Positions 28,874 to 38,262 are shown, numbered from the stretch's first letter. The stretch: 64,000 nt of DNA from Trueperaceae bacterium (GCA_034520945.1 JAXHNB010000010.1:209942-273941); one strand, 5' to 3'. Numbers and translations: made by a program. The notes: generated by a model not told the origin, from the letters alone.

Positions 28874-29259
28874 GCCGTGCGGCTCCTCTCTTCGTAGTCC
28901 TTCATACGTCGAATCGCGACGTCGATCTCCTTCGCGGGTATGCGATCGGTGGGCGTTCCAGTCTTGGCGAACCCATGGACAAGCACGATTTTACGACCCT
29001 CCCTGGGGTAGAAGAGAAACCTTGGATTGTGCGTCGAATGGGGAAGGCGTAGCTCCCATAGCTTTCTCCGAGGGTCGCCGACCTCGCCCTTGAGACTCTT
29101 GATGACGTCACCTCCAGCACGCAGGCCGTACGCTTGCAAGTAGTGAACACGGGTGCGAAACCTCCCCTGCTCGGCCCGCTCTAAGCTCGCGAGAAACCGT
29201 CGTACGGGGCGATGTCCTTGCTCGTCGACGTACTCGACGACGCTCCATTCAGGTTCCAG
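28870..29259 (-). CDS. RelE/ParE-superfamily (Gp49-like) toxin, probable CTG start
   Basis: In-frame LEPEWSVVEYVDEQGHRPVRRFLASL...KLWELR...RFLFY...IVLVHGFAK. AGGAGGAGG lies 8 nt before CTG 29259. An in-frame TAA lies upstream, with no ATG/GTG/TTG in between. Confidence 0.8.
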   Translation of the reverse strand: MEPEWSVVEYVDEQGHRPVRRFLASLERAEQGRFRTRVHYLQAYGLRAGGDVIKSLKGEVGDPRRKLWELRLPHSTHNPRFLFYPREGRKIVLVHGFAKTGTPTDRIPAKEIDVAIRRMKDYEERSRTA

Positions 29260-29287
29260 GGGCGGAGCCTCCTCCTGCGAACTACAT

Positions 29288-29305
29288 TATCACTTCTGCG
29301 TGATA
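29288..29305. promoter_or_regulatory. Palindromic operator TATCAC-N6-GTGATA upstream of the TA operon
   Basis: Perfect 6-bp inverted repeat overlapping a GATAAT -10-like hexamer on the minus strand. Confidence 0.5.
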
Positions 29306-29430
29306 TTGAAGGCGCGGGCAGCACATCACCTCGCGCAGGCGACTTCGACAAGCATCCCACTGGTTCGACCATCGAGGGGGCAGCCAACCCGTACGTGCCC
29401 AGAGGGTCAGCTATGTTTGCCGACCAGGCC

Positions 29431-29850
29431 TCAGGATCCGCCTTGCCTCTGCTCCACGTCGATCCGCCGCGTCTCGCCGGTCGCGATCAGGGTGCGGGTG
29501 CAGTCGACGCTGGCGTAGGTCCAGAAGATCCGCATCGGGGCGTGGTCGGAGGCGTTGAGGAAGCGGTGCGGCACGCCGGGCGGCAGCCAGGTGGTGTCGC
29601 CGGCGGACAGGCGGTGCTGCGCGCCGTCGATCTCGCAGATGGCGTCGCCGTCCAGCACCATCACGCTCTCCTCGCAGTCGTGCTGGTGCAGGCCGATGGC
29701 AGCGCCGGGATCGAACGCGGTGATGCCGTTCAGGACGGTGGTGGAGCCGCAGGCGCGCGTCACCAACGGCGTGGTGCGCGCGCCGTTGCCGCGGTCGATG
29801 GTGGGTCGTTCGGCCGGGCGCAGGATGGCGGCCTGCTTGGTGTCGCTCAT
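29431..29850 (-). CDS. Cupin domain protein
   Basis: GAAIGLHQHDCEESVMVLDG...GDTTWLPPGVPHRFLN; GGAGGA precedes ATG 29850. Confidence 0.88.
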   Translation of the reverse strand: MSDTKQAAILRPAERPTIDRGNGARTTPLVTRACGSTTVLNGITAFDPGAAIGLHQHDCEESVMVLDGDAICEIDGAQHRLSAGDTTWLPPGVPHRFLNASDHAPMRIFWTYASVDCTRTLIATGETRRIDVEQRQGGS

Positions 29851-30704
29851 GGTTCCTCCTTCCCTGGTTCGGCAGCGTCCGCGCCGGTTCCGCCTTCGCA
29901 GGTCGGACCGGCGTGTCGCGCCATCATGGCGCGCCATGCCGGCAGCCAGTCCAGGCCGCCCTCGGTCTCGGCCGTGGGCAGGTACTCGAAGCCGATCGCG
30001 CCGTCGTAGCCGGTGCGGGCCAGGGCGCCCAGCAGCGCCTCGAAGTCGATGGTGCCGGTGCCGGGCTCGTGCCGGCCGGGGTGGTCGGCGACGTGCACGT
30101 GGCCCAGCCGCCACGAGGCGCGGGCGATCGCGGCGGGCGCGTCCTCTGCGTTGGCGGAGGCGTGGTGGGTGTCCAGCAGCACGTGCGGCGCCTTCGGCAG
30201 CTGGGGAAGCAGCTCGTCCAATCGTGTCAGGCGGTCCAGGAAGTACCCGGGCACGGTGGCGTGGCTGATCGGTTCGACCAGCACTTCGACGGGGCGATCC
30301 CGGCACGCGTGGATGGCGGCGGCGACGTTGGCCAACCAGGTGTCGGCCGCTTGCTGGTGCGGAACGTCCGCGCCGGGGCAGCCCGCCATGAGGTGCACGT
30401 AGGGGCACGCCACCGCCTCGGCGTAGTCCAGCGCGCGGGCCAGGGCGTCGCGGACCTCCCGCTCGCGGCCGGGCAGGGAGGCCAGGCCCTTCTCGCCCTC
30501 GGGGCCGCGGCCGGTGGTGACCTGAGCAAGGAACAGCCCCGCCTCCCGCAGCAGCGTGGCCATGCGCGAGGCCGGCACCTCGAACGGCGCGGGATGCTCC
30601 ACCGCGTCGAAGCCGGCCGCGGCGGCGGCCGCCAGGCGTCGTTCCAGCGGCACCTCGGTGAACAGGTAGCCGAGGTGGGCCGAGAGGGGCCAGGGGGCGC
30701 TCAC
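29847..30704 (-). CDS. hyi: Hydroxypyruvate isomerase family TIM barrel
   Basis: LSAHLGYLFTE, GFDAVE, LVEPIS, PGYFL, LLDTHH, HVHVADHPGRHEPGTG, IGFEY. Confidence 0.8.
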   Translation of the reverse strand: MSAPWPLSAHLGYLFTEVPLERRLAAAAAAGFDAVEHPAPFEVPASRMATLLREAGLFLAQVTTGRGPEGEKGLASLPGREREVRDALARALDYAEAVACPYVHLMAGCPGADVPHQQAADTWLANVAAAIHACRDRPVEVLVEPISHATVPGYFLDRLTRLDELLPQLPKAPHVLLDTHHASANAEDAPAAIARASWRLGHVHVADHPGRHEPGTGTIDFEALLGALARTGYDGAIGFEYLPTAETEGGLDWLPAWRAMMARHAGPTCEGGTGADAAEPGKEEP

Positions 30705-31774
30705 GTCGTTCCCTCCGCGGGCGCCTCGGGGAACGAAAGGTCGAGCTCGTCCGCGACCCGGCGCAGGTCAATGATCACGTCGGGCGTGATGGGGATGCCG
30801 TGCTCGCGGCGGTGGGCCTCGCAGCGCCGCTCCGGCTCGCCCGGCAGCAGCACCTCGTCGAACCCGTCCGCGCGGGGCAGATTTTTGATGCGGGCGTAGA
30901 AGTCGTCCATGCGCGCCGCGAAGTCATCCAGCGACATGAACAGGTCGGGCCGGATCGCGAAGAACAGGTGCCCCACGTCCTGCGGCCCGCTGTGGTCCAG
31001 GTAGGGGTTCTTGACGTCGCCCCCGTAGGCGGAGCCGGTGAGGACGCCCGAGAGCAGGTCCATCAGCGTGGCCAGCACCGAGCCCTTCACGCCGCCGAAC
31101 GGGAGGCACACGCCCTCGAACGCTTCGGCCGCGTCCGTGGTGGGGCGGCCCTGCCGGTCCAGGGCCAGGCCTTCGGGGATGGCCTCGCCGCGCTGGGCGG
31201 CCAGGCGGATCTTGCCGCGCGCGATCACCGTCATCGCCATGTCCATCACGAACGGTGGGCTCTCGCCGCCAGGCACGCCCGCGGCGATCGGGCTGGCGCC
31301 GAGGAAGGTGGTGCGGCCGCCGTACATCGGGATCGCCGGCGACGAGTTGGTGAAGATCATGGACACGAACCCCCGCTCGATCGCCTGCAGCGCGTACAGG
31401 GCCGCCATGCCGAAGTGGCCCGAGCGCCGCACCCCGACCAGGCCGATGCCCGCATCCTGCGCCAGCTCCATCGCTTCGTCCATGGCCATGTGCGCGGGGA
31501 TGAACCCCATGGCGTCGTCGCCGTCCACGGAGGCCACGGCGGTCGTCTGGCGCGTCACCCGGACGTGCGGCGTGGGGTTCACCAGGCCGCGCCGGAGACG
31601 CTCCAGGTACATGGGGATCCGCATCACGCCGTGCGAGTCGACGCCGCGCAGGTTGGCGCGCACCAGGTCGCGGCCGATCGTGTCGGCGTGCTCGGGCGGC
31701 AAGCCCGCCGCCGCGAACGCCCGGCTGGTGAACTGCGTCAGGTCGTCGGCGCGGAACGTACGCGTGTCGGCCAT
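30701..31774 (-). CDS. Ldh_2 family (malate/L-lactate/sulfolactate/ureidoglycolate dehydrogenase-like) oxidoreductase
   Basis: LRGVDSHG, SGHFG, MDMAMT, ARGKI, PFGGVKG, LPGEPE. Confidence 0.88.
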   Translation of the reverse strand: MADTRTFRADDLTQFTSRAFAAAGLPPEHADTIGRDLVRANLRGVDSHGVMRIPMYLERLRRGLVNPTPHVRVTRQTTAVASVDGDDAMGFIPAHMAMDEAMELAQDAGIGLVGVRRSGHFGMAALYALQAIERGFVSMIFTNSSPAIPMYGGRTTFLGASPIAAGVPGGESPPFVMDMAMTVIARGKIRLAAQRGEAIPEGLALDRQGRPTTDAAEAFEGVCLPFGGVKGSVLATLMDLLSGVLTGSAYGGDVKNPYLDHSGPQDVGHLFFAIRPDLFMSLDDFAARMDDFYARIKNLPRADGFDEVLLPGEPERRCEAHRREHGIPITPDVIIDLRRVADELDLSFPEAPAEGTT

Positions 31775-32032
31775 GGGGCCTCCCGTCGTGCGGGGTCATC
31801 TTCGCACGGGCTGGACGCGCGAGCTCAACAAGGAGGTGCATGTCGCGGGTGATCCGCAGGCGATCCTCACCTGGATGCATGTTGCCTCGGATTCGGTACG
31901 AGCTCCGTCGATGAGGTTCCTCGTCGCCTCCGTGTGGGCATGGATCATAGGTCACCGTACGTGCCCGTCCTGTGCTTCGGATACTACGGGCACCGTGAAC
32001 CCACCCGTTCTCATTTCTGCTAACATCATGGC

Positions 32033-32290
32033 GTGGCGATCGGCGGGTCGCCATGGGCACGCGACGTGAAGACGTTCAAGGTCCGCGTCGTGTTGAAGCT
32101 GCTCGCGCAACACGGTTGGTATCAGGTGCGATCGGCGCCACATCGGCAGCTGAAGCATCCCACGAAGCCTGGCACCGTCACGGTCGCGGGAAACGAGGGA
32201 GACGATGTACCAGCCGGAACGCTGCGAAGCATCTTCCGCCAAGCTGGACTGCCATGGCCGCCACGGACCTCCAATGGATCCCCACGATGA
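32033..32290 (+). CDS. hicA: HicA family toxin
   Basis: KVRVVLKLLAQHGW...HRQLKHPTKPGTVTVAG...GTLRSIFRQAGL. Start at GTG 32033 (6 nt after TAACAT) or GTG 32066. Confidence 0.8.
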   Translation: MAIGGSPWARDVKTFKVRVVLKLLAQHGWYQVRSAPHRQLKHPTKPGTVTVAGNEGDDVPAGTLRSIFRQAGLPWPPRTSNGSPR

Positions 32291-32333
32291 GGGATGTTCG
32301 CACCTCAGGGGCCCGAGAGGAGCAGGATCCGCA

Positions 32334-32858
32334 ATGGTACGACGCACCCCTTCGCCACTGACCTATCCCTTCGCTATCACGCCGACAGGCACAGGCTTTG
32401 CGGGCGCGGGGCTTCAGTTCCCCGCACTCGCGACGGCCAAGACGCGCGACCAGCTTCTACGGCACATGCAGCAGCAGACTGCGGCGTACCTCGTCGAGTG
32501 CCAGCTGGACGAGCAGTCCCCCCAGCCTCCCCTGTCGCGCGACGAGGTGGACCTAGGCGACTACCACGAGGAGGGCGAGGATCCCGAGGTCGTCTTCGTG
32601 CCGCCAGCGCCTGTCAGTGGGGTGAGCGTGGCCATCGAGCGGGCGTTGCGCGAGGAAGGCGTCACCTACGCCGCGCTGGCCAGGCGCATGGGCGTACCGC
32701 GCAGCGTCGTGACCCGCATCACGAACCCGTTCTACTTCGCTCACGCCACCAGGACGCTGCGCGCCGTCGCGCGCGCGCTCGGTCGCGAGATGCGCGTCAC
32801 GTTCGAGCGTCCGCAGGCATCTCCAGAACGCCCCGAGAGCGTGCGCGGAAGCGCCTGA
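32334..32858 (+). CDS. hicB: HicB-like antitoxin with C-terminal XRE HTH
   Basis: N-terminal YPFAI...ATAKTRDQLL region; C-terminal GVTYAALARRMGVPRSVVTRI HTH; follows hicA. Confidence 0.7.
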   Translation: MVRRTPSPLTYPFAITPTGTGFAGAGLQFPALATAKTRDQLLRHMQQQTAAYLVECQLDEQSPQPPLSRDEVDLGDYHEEGEDPEVVFVPPAPVSGVSVAIERALREEGVTYAALARRMGVPRSVVTRITNPFYFAHATRTLRAVARALGREMRVTFERPQASPERPESVRGSA

Positions 32859-32987
32859 ATCGCGGCTCCAGAACTGTGAAGCTCGAGAATCCACGAACGA
32901 TGGCGCCGATGCCCACGGACGTGATTCCACGGCGCTTCCGTGCCGAGACCGCCAAATCGGGGCCCCGGCACGTCGGCGCCGATCAAG

Positions 32988-33425
32988 TCATTCCAGCTGG
33001 TACGGGACGGACGCGAAGTGTCGGTGGACCTTCCACGCGTCCCCGTCCATCATGTCGACGGCGGCCCACTTGCCGGCCAGAACCTGCTGCCCCTCGCCGT
33101 CGAGGAACGCCCACGTACCCGATCCGTACACGATTTCGTCCGCCAGAACCTCGGAGGCCTCGGACACGATTTCGATGGTGAGGCCCGCGTCGATCTGCGC
33201 CTGCGCCCACGCTTGGACGGCGTCCGGGCCTCGGGCCACCTCGCCTGAGGCGAGATGCAGGACCCCGTCCGCCGTGTAGAGCGCTGCTACGCCTGCCGCG
33301 TCGCCGGCATTGAACGCCTCCTGCCACTGAACCGCCAGCTCATTGGCCACGTCCTGTGCACTCGCGAACGAGAGGGCCCACCATGCCGCCACTGCCACCA
33401 CTGACCACGCGCATCTTCGTACCAT
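32988..33425 (-). CDS. Secreted NTF2-like (SnoaL/DUF4440) protein
   Basis: Signal peptide ...ASAQ; WQEAFNAGDAAGVAALYTADG...ARGPDAV...AWKV. Confidence 0.75.
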   Translation of the reverse strand: MVRRCAWSVVAVAAWWALSFASAQDVANELAVQWQEAFNAGDAAGVAALYTADGVLHLASGEVARGPDAVQAWAQAQIDAGLTIEIVSEASEVLADEIVYGSGTWAFLDGEGQQVLAGKWAAVDMMDGDAWKVHRHFASVPYQLE

Positions 33426-33635
33426 GAGTCCGCCACCTCCAATGAGAATCTCGGCCAACGAAACGTTTCGACACGCAATGCACGACGAAGCATGAAGCTG
33501 CACCGAGTTGCATGACCATACGACTCTTCGTTCGGTGGCGCAAGTGCAGGTGCCACACAACGCACGCCGAGACTGATCGCATGGGATCGGCGTTCACCCC
33601 ACGGGGCACGCCTGCTCGCGAGGGTATGCTGCCGC

Positions 33636-34454
33636 ATGCCGCCCACCACGATCGCGCTGGTTCAACTCGATCCCGGCGGGGACAAGCCCGCCAACGTCGA
33701 GGACGCCTTCGCCCGCGTCGAGCAGGCCGCCGAGCGGGGCGCCGAGGCGATCTTCCTGCCCGAGAGCTTCCACGTCCGCGGCCCCAGCGAGCTCCGCTTC
33801 GAGACCGCCGAACCGGTGCCGGGCCCGCTGAGCGAGCGGTTTTCGGCCACGGCGGCGCGGCTGGGCGTGACGCTGGTGGCGGGGTCGTACAACGAGCGCC
33901 TCGAGCGGCCCGATCGGCTGCACAACACCTGCCAGGTGTTCGGGCCAGACGGCGCGACCCTGGCTGAATACCGGAAGATCCACCTGTTCGACGTGGAGAT
34001 CGAGGGGCACGTCGTGTCCAAGGAGTCGTCCCGGAACCTGCCGGGCGACCGCGCGGTCGCCGTCGACACGCCGTTCGGGCGGCTCGGCGTCACCATCTGC
34101 TACGACCTACGTTTCCCGGAGCTGTACCGCACGCTGGCGCTGATGGGCGCCGAGGTCCTTACGGTGCCGTCGAACTTCGCGCGCCACACGGGCAAGGACC
34201 ACTGGGAGCCGCTGCTGCGCGCACGGGCCATCGAGAACGGCGCCTACGTCGTGGCGCCCGCCACCTGCGGCGATCGCGGGGGGTTCGCCGCCTACGGACG
34301 CAGCATGGTGGTCGATCCCTGGGGTACCGTCATCGCCTGCGCGCCGGACGAGCCCGGGGTGACCCTGGCCGACATCGATCTGGATCGCGTCCACGCGGTG
34401 CGCCAGCGCGTGCCCAGCCTCGCCAACCGCCGTCCCGAGACCTACCGTCTCTAG
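33636..34454 (+). CDS. Carbon-nitrogen hydrolase, Nit1-like (deaminated glutathione amidase-like)
   Basis: E-K-C triad in FLPE, YRKIHLFD and TICYDLRFPELYR; HWEPLLRARAIEN; GRSMVVDPWG. Confidence 0.88.
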   Translation: MPPTTIALVQLDPGGDKPANVEDAFARVEQAAERGAEAIFLPESFHVRGPSELRFETAEPVPGPLSERFSATAARLGVTLVAGSYNERLERPDRLHNTCQVFGPDGATLAEYRKIHLFDVEIEGHVVSKESSRNLPGDRAVAVDTPFGRLGVTICYDLRFPELYRTLALMGAEVLTVPSNFARHTGKDHWEPLLRARAIENGAYVVAPATCGDRGGFAAYGRSMVVDPWGTVIACAPDEPGVTLADIDLDRVHAVRQRVPSLANRRPETYRL

Positions 34455-34520
34455 CCGACCGCCGCTCCAGCCCGATCGCGACCGCCGCGACCGGCACAGT
34501 GCTACCTTTTCGGAGGTCCC

Positions 34521-36056
34521 ATGAACGCACCCATCCGCACCATCCTCGCCACACTGCTGGCCAGCCTCGTGCTGGCGCCGACCGTCCTGGCGCAAGACGA
34601 CGAGGCCGTCTACGTCGCGCAGCAACTGTCCCACAGCAGCCTGAATCCCGCCGAAGCGACCGGCCTGTCCGACGCGTCGGTGATCCGAACCATGTTCGAA
34701 GGGCTGGTCGGGTTCGACCAGGACTTCGAGTTGGTACCCGAGTTGGCCACCGACTGGACCGTCGCCGAGGATGCCACGTCGATCAGCTTCCAGCTGCGCG
34801 AGGGCGTCACCTTCCACGACGGCACCCCCTTCGACGCCGACGCGGTGGCGGACTACTACGGGTGGGTGCTGGATACCGACAACCCAGAGCCCGCACGCGG
34901 ACGCAGCCTGCTGTCGGACGTCGAATCGATCGAGGTGCTCGGCCCGTACGAGATCCGGTTGGACCTGGCGCAACCCAACGGCGCGATGATCTTCAACCTC
35001 GCGCTGTCCAACGCCCGCATCGCCAGTCCCACCTCGGTCACCGCCGAGGACGCCGACGTGACGCGTGAACCGGTCGGCACCGGCCCCTACCGCTTCGCGG
35101 AGTGGCTGGACGGCCAGAAGGTCGTCGTCGAGGCGTACCCGGACTACTGGGGCACGCCGGCGCAGGCCGATGAGATCCACTTCCTGGAGACGACGAACGC
35201 GTCGACCCGCGTCGCGCAGCTGCGGAGCGGCGAAGCACACTTCATCGAGGCCGTGCCGCAGCCTTTGGTCGAGCAGGTCGACGACGTGGACGATCTGTCC
35301 GTGGTCGTGTCGGGCAGCACCTTCGCGCGTGTCTTCGAGCTGAACACGCAGGCGGCGCCCTTCGATGACGAGCGTGTGCGGCGGGCAATGAACTACGCCA
35401 TCGACAAGGACGTGATCGTGAACGTCGCGTACGGCGGCAACGCCACGGTGATGAACGCCCCGATTCCGCGCTCGGTCTTCGGTCACGCCGCGCAAGGCCC
35501 GTACCCTCACGACCCGGAGCGCGCACGCGCGCTGCTGGCGGAGGCCGGCTACGAGGACGGCTTCTCGTTCGACGTGCTGACCTTCACGGGCGAGCCGTAC
35601 GGCACGATCGGCCAGGTCATGCAACAGATGTTCGCGGACGTGGGCCTGACCATGAACCTGATGCCGACCGAACGTGGCGCGCTGGTCGACGCGATCTTCC
35701 AGCCGCTCGAGAGCACCGAGCTGGAGGCGAGCCTGGTGGGGGCGTCCACGCCGACCGGGGACGCAGACCGCGCACTGACCGTGTCGTTCTACAGCGAGTC
35801 CTGGCCGCCCGACTCCAACAACTGGAGTTTCTACGCCAACGACCGCGTGGACGAACTGATCGAGACGGGACGTGCGACGGGCGATCTGGACGAGCGCGCC
35901 GCGATCTACGCCGAAGCGCAGGAGATCATCTGGAACGACGCCCCCTGGGTGTTCCTGGTCAGCCCGGACAACGTCGCGGGGCAGGCCGACGAGCTGAGCG
36001 GCGTGTTCTACATGCCCGACCGTTCGATCGACGCACGTGGTGCCTCGCTCGACTGA
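34521..36056 (+). CDS. Family 5 (peptide/glutathione, GsiB/DppA-like) ABC substrate-binding protein
   Basis: Signal peptide, FQLREGVTFHDGTPFDA, PVGTGPY, VRRAMNYAID, NNWSFY. Confidence 0.88.
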   Translation: MNAPIRTILATLLASLVLAPTVLAQDDEAVYVAQQLSHSSLNPAEATGLSDASVIRTMFEGLVGFDQDFELVPELATDWTVAEDATSISFQLREGVTFHDGTPFDADAVADYYGWVLDTDNPEPARGRSLLSDVESIEVLGPYEIRLDLAQPNGAMIFNLALSNARIASPTSVTAEDADVTREPVGTGPYRFAEWLDGQKVVVEAYPDYWGTPAQADEIHFLETTNASTRVAQLRSGEAHFIEAVPQPLVEQVDDVDDLSVVVSGSTFARVFELNTQAAPFDDERVRRAMNYAIDKDVIVNVAYGGNATVMNAPIPRSVFGHAAQGPYPHDPERARALLAEAGYEDGFSFDVLTFTGEPYGTIGQVMQQMFADVGLTMNLMPTERGALVDAIFQPLESTELEASLVGASTPTGDADRALTVSFYSESWPPDSNNWSFYANDRVDELIETGRATGDLDERAAIYAEAQEIIWNDAPWVFLVSPDNVAGQADELSGVFYMPDRSIDARGASLD

Positions 36057-36075
36057 CCCGACGCACCTGACGTCG

Positions 36076-36100
36076 AGGACAGGGGCCCCGCCCCTGTCCT
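36076..36100 (+). terminator. Hairpin after the SBP gene (terminator or mRNA stabiliser)
   Basis: AGGACAGGGG-CCCCG-CCCCTGTCCT perfect 10-bp stem. Confidence 0.55.
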
Positions 36101-36110
36101 GCTTCATGGC

Positions 36111-37031
36111 ATGATTCCGTTCCTCGGCATTCGCGCCCTGCAGATGGTGCCGACCGTGCTGGGCGTCATGATCGCGGTGTTCTTCTTCGTGCGGGCCCTG
36201 CCCGGCGATCCCGCGCGCCTGTACGCCGGCCAGGAAGCGACCCTCGACGAAGTCGAGGAGGTGCGCGCACGATTCGGTCTGGATCAGCCCCTCCCGGCGC
36301 AGTTCGCGCGTTTCGTGACGCAGACGGCCTCGGGCGATTTGGGCGTCTCCTTCCGGGCCAACCAGCCGGCCGGCACCGTGATCCTTCGGCACGCGGCCCC
36401 CACGATCTGGTTGGCGCTTCTCGCCATCGCCCTGGCGATCGCCGCGGGCCTAGCGCTCGGCATTGCCGCCGCCCTGAAGCGCGGCAGCCTGGCCGACCTC
36501 GCCATCACGGTGGTGTCGATCCTCGGCATCAGCACGCCGTCGTTCTTCCTGGGTATCCTGTTGATCTGGGCGTTCGCGGTGCAACTGAACCTGTTCCCCG
36601 TCACCGGGGGCACCACGGCCGCCGGCATGGTGTTGCCGGCCCTCACGCTGGCCGCCAACTCGACCGGCACGATCGCCCGCTTCGCGCGCTCCAGCTTTTT
36701 GGAGGTCTTGGGCGAGGACTTCGTGCGAACCGCCCGCGCGAAGGGCCTTGCGCCCGCCGTGGTGCGCGGCAAGCATGTCCTGCGCAACGCGCTGATGCCG
36801 GTCGTCACCATCGTCGGGCTTCAGTTCGGCTTCCTGCTGTCCGGCGCGATCATCGTCGAGACGGTGTTCAGCTTTCCCGGCCTCGGCTGGCTGCTGATCC
36901 AATCCATCAGCGCCCGCGACTACCCGGTGATCCAGGCGCTGCTATTGGTGTTCTCGCTGCAGTTCCTGATCATCAACCTGGTGGTGGACGCGACGTATGC
37001 AGCCATCGATCCGCGGGTGCGCCATGAGTAG
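36111..37031 (+). CDS. Peptide/glutathione ABC permease (DppB/GsiC-like)
   Basis: LPGDPA, GDLGVS, EDFVRTARAKGL, HVLRNAL, ETVFSFPGLG, RDYPVIQ. Confidence 0.92.
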   Translation: MIPFLGIRALQMVPTVLGVMIAVFFFVRALPGDPARLYAGQEATLDEVEEVRARFGLDQPLPAQFARFVTQTASGDLGVSFRANQPAGTVILRHAAPTIWLALLAIALAIAAGLALGIAAALKRGSLADLAITVVSILGISTPSFFLGILLIWAFAVQLNLFPVTGGTTAAGMVLPALTLAANSTGTIARFARSSFLEVLGEDFVRTARAKGLAPAVVRGKHVLRNALMPVVTIVGLQFGFLLSGAIIVETVFSFPGLGWLLIQSISARDYPVIQALLLVFSLQFLIINLVVDATYAAIDPRVRHE

Positions 37032-37893
37032 CACAGCCGCCCCGTCGGCGCGCCGCACGCCCGGGCGCCGCTCGACGCTGCGACGGTTGATGCAGCACCG
37101 CAGCGGCGCGGTCGGCCTGATCCTCACCGCGGCCTTCGTCGCGCTGGCGATCATGGGCCCCTGGCTGACGCCGTACGACCCCGCCCGCCAGGACTACGCG
37201 GCCATTCAGCAGGGGGTCTCCTCCGCCCACTGGTTGGGGACCGACAACTTCGGGCGCGACATCCTGAGCCGCATTCTGGCGGGCGCCCGCTACTCGATCG
37301 GGATCGGCCTCTCGGCCACCATCCTGGGCGCCCTGGTCGGCGGCGCGTGGGGCTTGTGGACCGGCTACGCCGGCGGCTGGATCGACGCGTTGTCGATGCG
37401 GCTGGTCGACGTGCTGCTGGCGTTCCCCGGCATCCTGTTGGCCATCGCGCTGATCACGTTGACGGGGCCGGGCGTCGGGCCGGTCGTGTTCGCCTCCAGC
37501 GTGTTCGGCGTGCCCATCTTCGCGCGCGTCGTGCGCGGGTCCGTACTGTCGGTGAAGGAGCGCGCCTTCGTGGAGGCGGCGTACGGTCTGGGCGCGCCGG
37601 GCCGTCGGATCGTGCTGCGGCACCTGGTGCCGTCCATCGTGGCGCCGATCCTGGTGTACGCCTCGCTCCGCAGCGGCGTCACGCTGTTGGTCGCGTCGGG
37701 CCTGTCGTTCCTCGGCCTCGGCGTGCAACCGCCCACGCCCGAGTGGGGCGCCATGCTGAGCGACGCGCAGTTGTACCTGTCGGTGCACGGCATCATGGCG
37801 TTCGCGCCGGGCATCACCATCACCGTCGCGGTGTTGGCGTTCAACCTGTTGGGGGACGGCCTCCGCGACGTGCTGGATCCGACGGTGCGTTGA
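37024..37893 (+). CDS. Peptide/glutathione ABC permease (DppC/GsiD-like)
   Basis: HWLGTDNFGRDILSR, FVEAA, LSFLGLGVQPPTPEWG, FNLLGDGLRD. Confidence 0.92.
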   Translation: MSSTAAPSARRTPGRRSTLRRLMQHRSGAVGLILTAAFVALAIMGPWLTPYDPARQDYAAIQQGVSSAHWLGTDNFGRDILSRILAGARYSIGIGLSATILGALVGGAWGLWTGYAGGWIDALSMRLVDVLLAFPGILLAIALITLTGPGVGPVVFASSVFGVPIFARVVRGSVLSVKERAFVEAAYGLGAPGRRIVLRHLVPSIVAPILVYASLRSGVTLLVASGLSFLGLGVQPPTPEWGAMLSDAQLYLSVHGIMAFAPGITITVAVLAFNLLGDGLRDVLDPTVR

Positions 37894-37962
37894 GGGCCGC
37901 GCCGCGCCGGGACATCGGTCATGCTGCCGGCGTGCTAGTGTCGCCGCGATCGGAGGTACGTC

Positions 37963-38175
37963 ATGCGCTTTGGACCGCTGGGCGGTTGGGAGCTCCTCAT
38001 CATCCTGGTCGTCGTGCTGCTGATCTTCGGCTCGAGCCGCCTGCCCAAGATCGCTCGCGGCCTCGGCGAATCGGCTCGCGAGCTCAGGAAGGGCTTCAAG
38101 GACCTGAAGGACGACATCGAGAGCGACAAGGCGGACGACGGCCCGTCGAAGAAGACGGAGCAGAAGTCTAGCTGA
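37963..38175 (+). CDS. tatA: Twin-arginine translocase TatA/TatE subunit
   Basis: GGWELLIILVVVLLIFGSSRLPKIARGLGESARELRKG; GGAGG RBS. Confidence 0.92.
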   Translation: MRFGPLGGWELLIILVVVLLIFGSSRLPKIARGLGESARELRKGFKDLKDDIESDKADDGPSKKTEQKSS

Positions 38176-38203
38176 CGCGGGCCCCGATCTCGGGGCCCGC
38201 GTC
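38174..38203. terminator. Strong hairpin between convergent genes
   Basis: GACGCGGGCCCCG-ATCT-CGGGGCCCGCGTC perfect 13-bp stem. Confidence 0.65.
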
Positions 38204-38262
38204 GCGCATCGCGCCGGTTCACGAACCCCGGTGAGGGCGGGCGAACCGCCCGGCCGTCTCGC

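Noticed and set aside
34107..36392. Long antisense/alternate-frame ORFs (also 5902-7797, 38434-40416, 52690-54642, 55994-58180)
   Set aside because: These are shadow ORFs of real high-GC genes on the opposite strand, with no family motifs.
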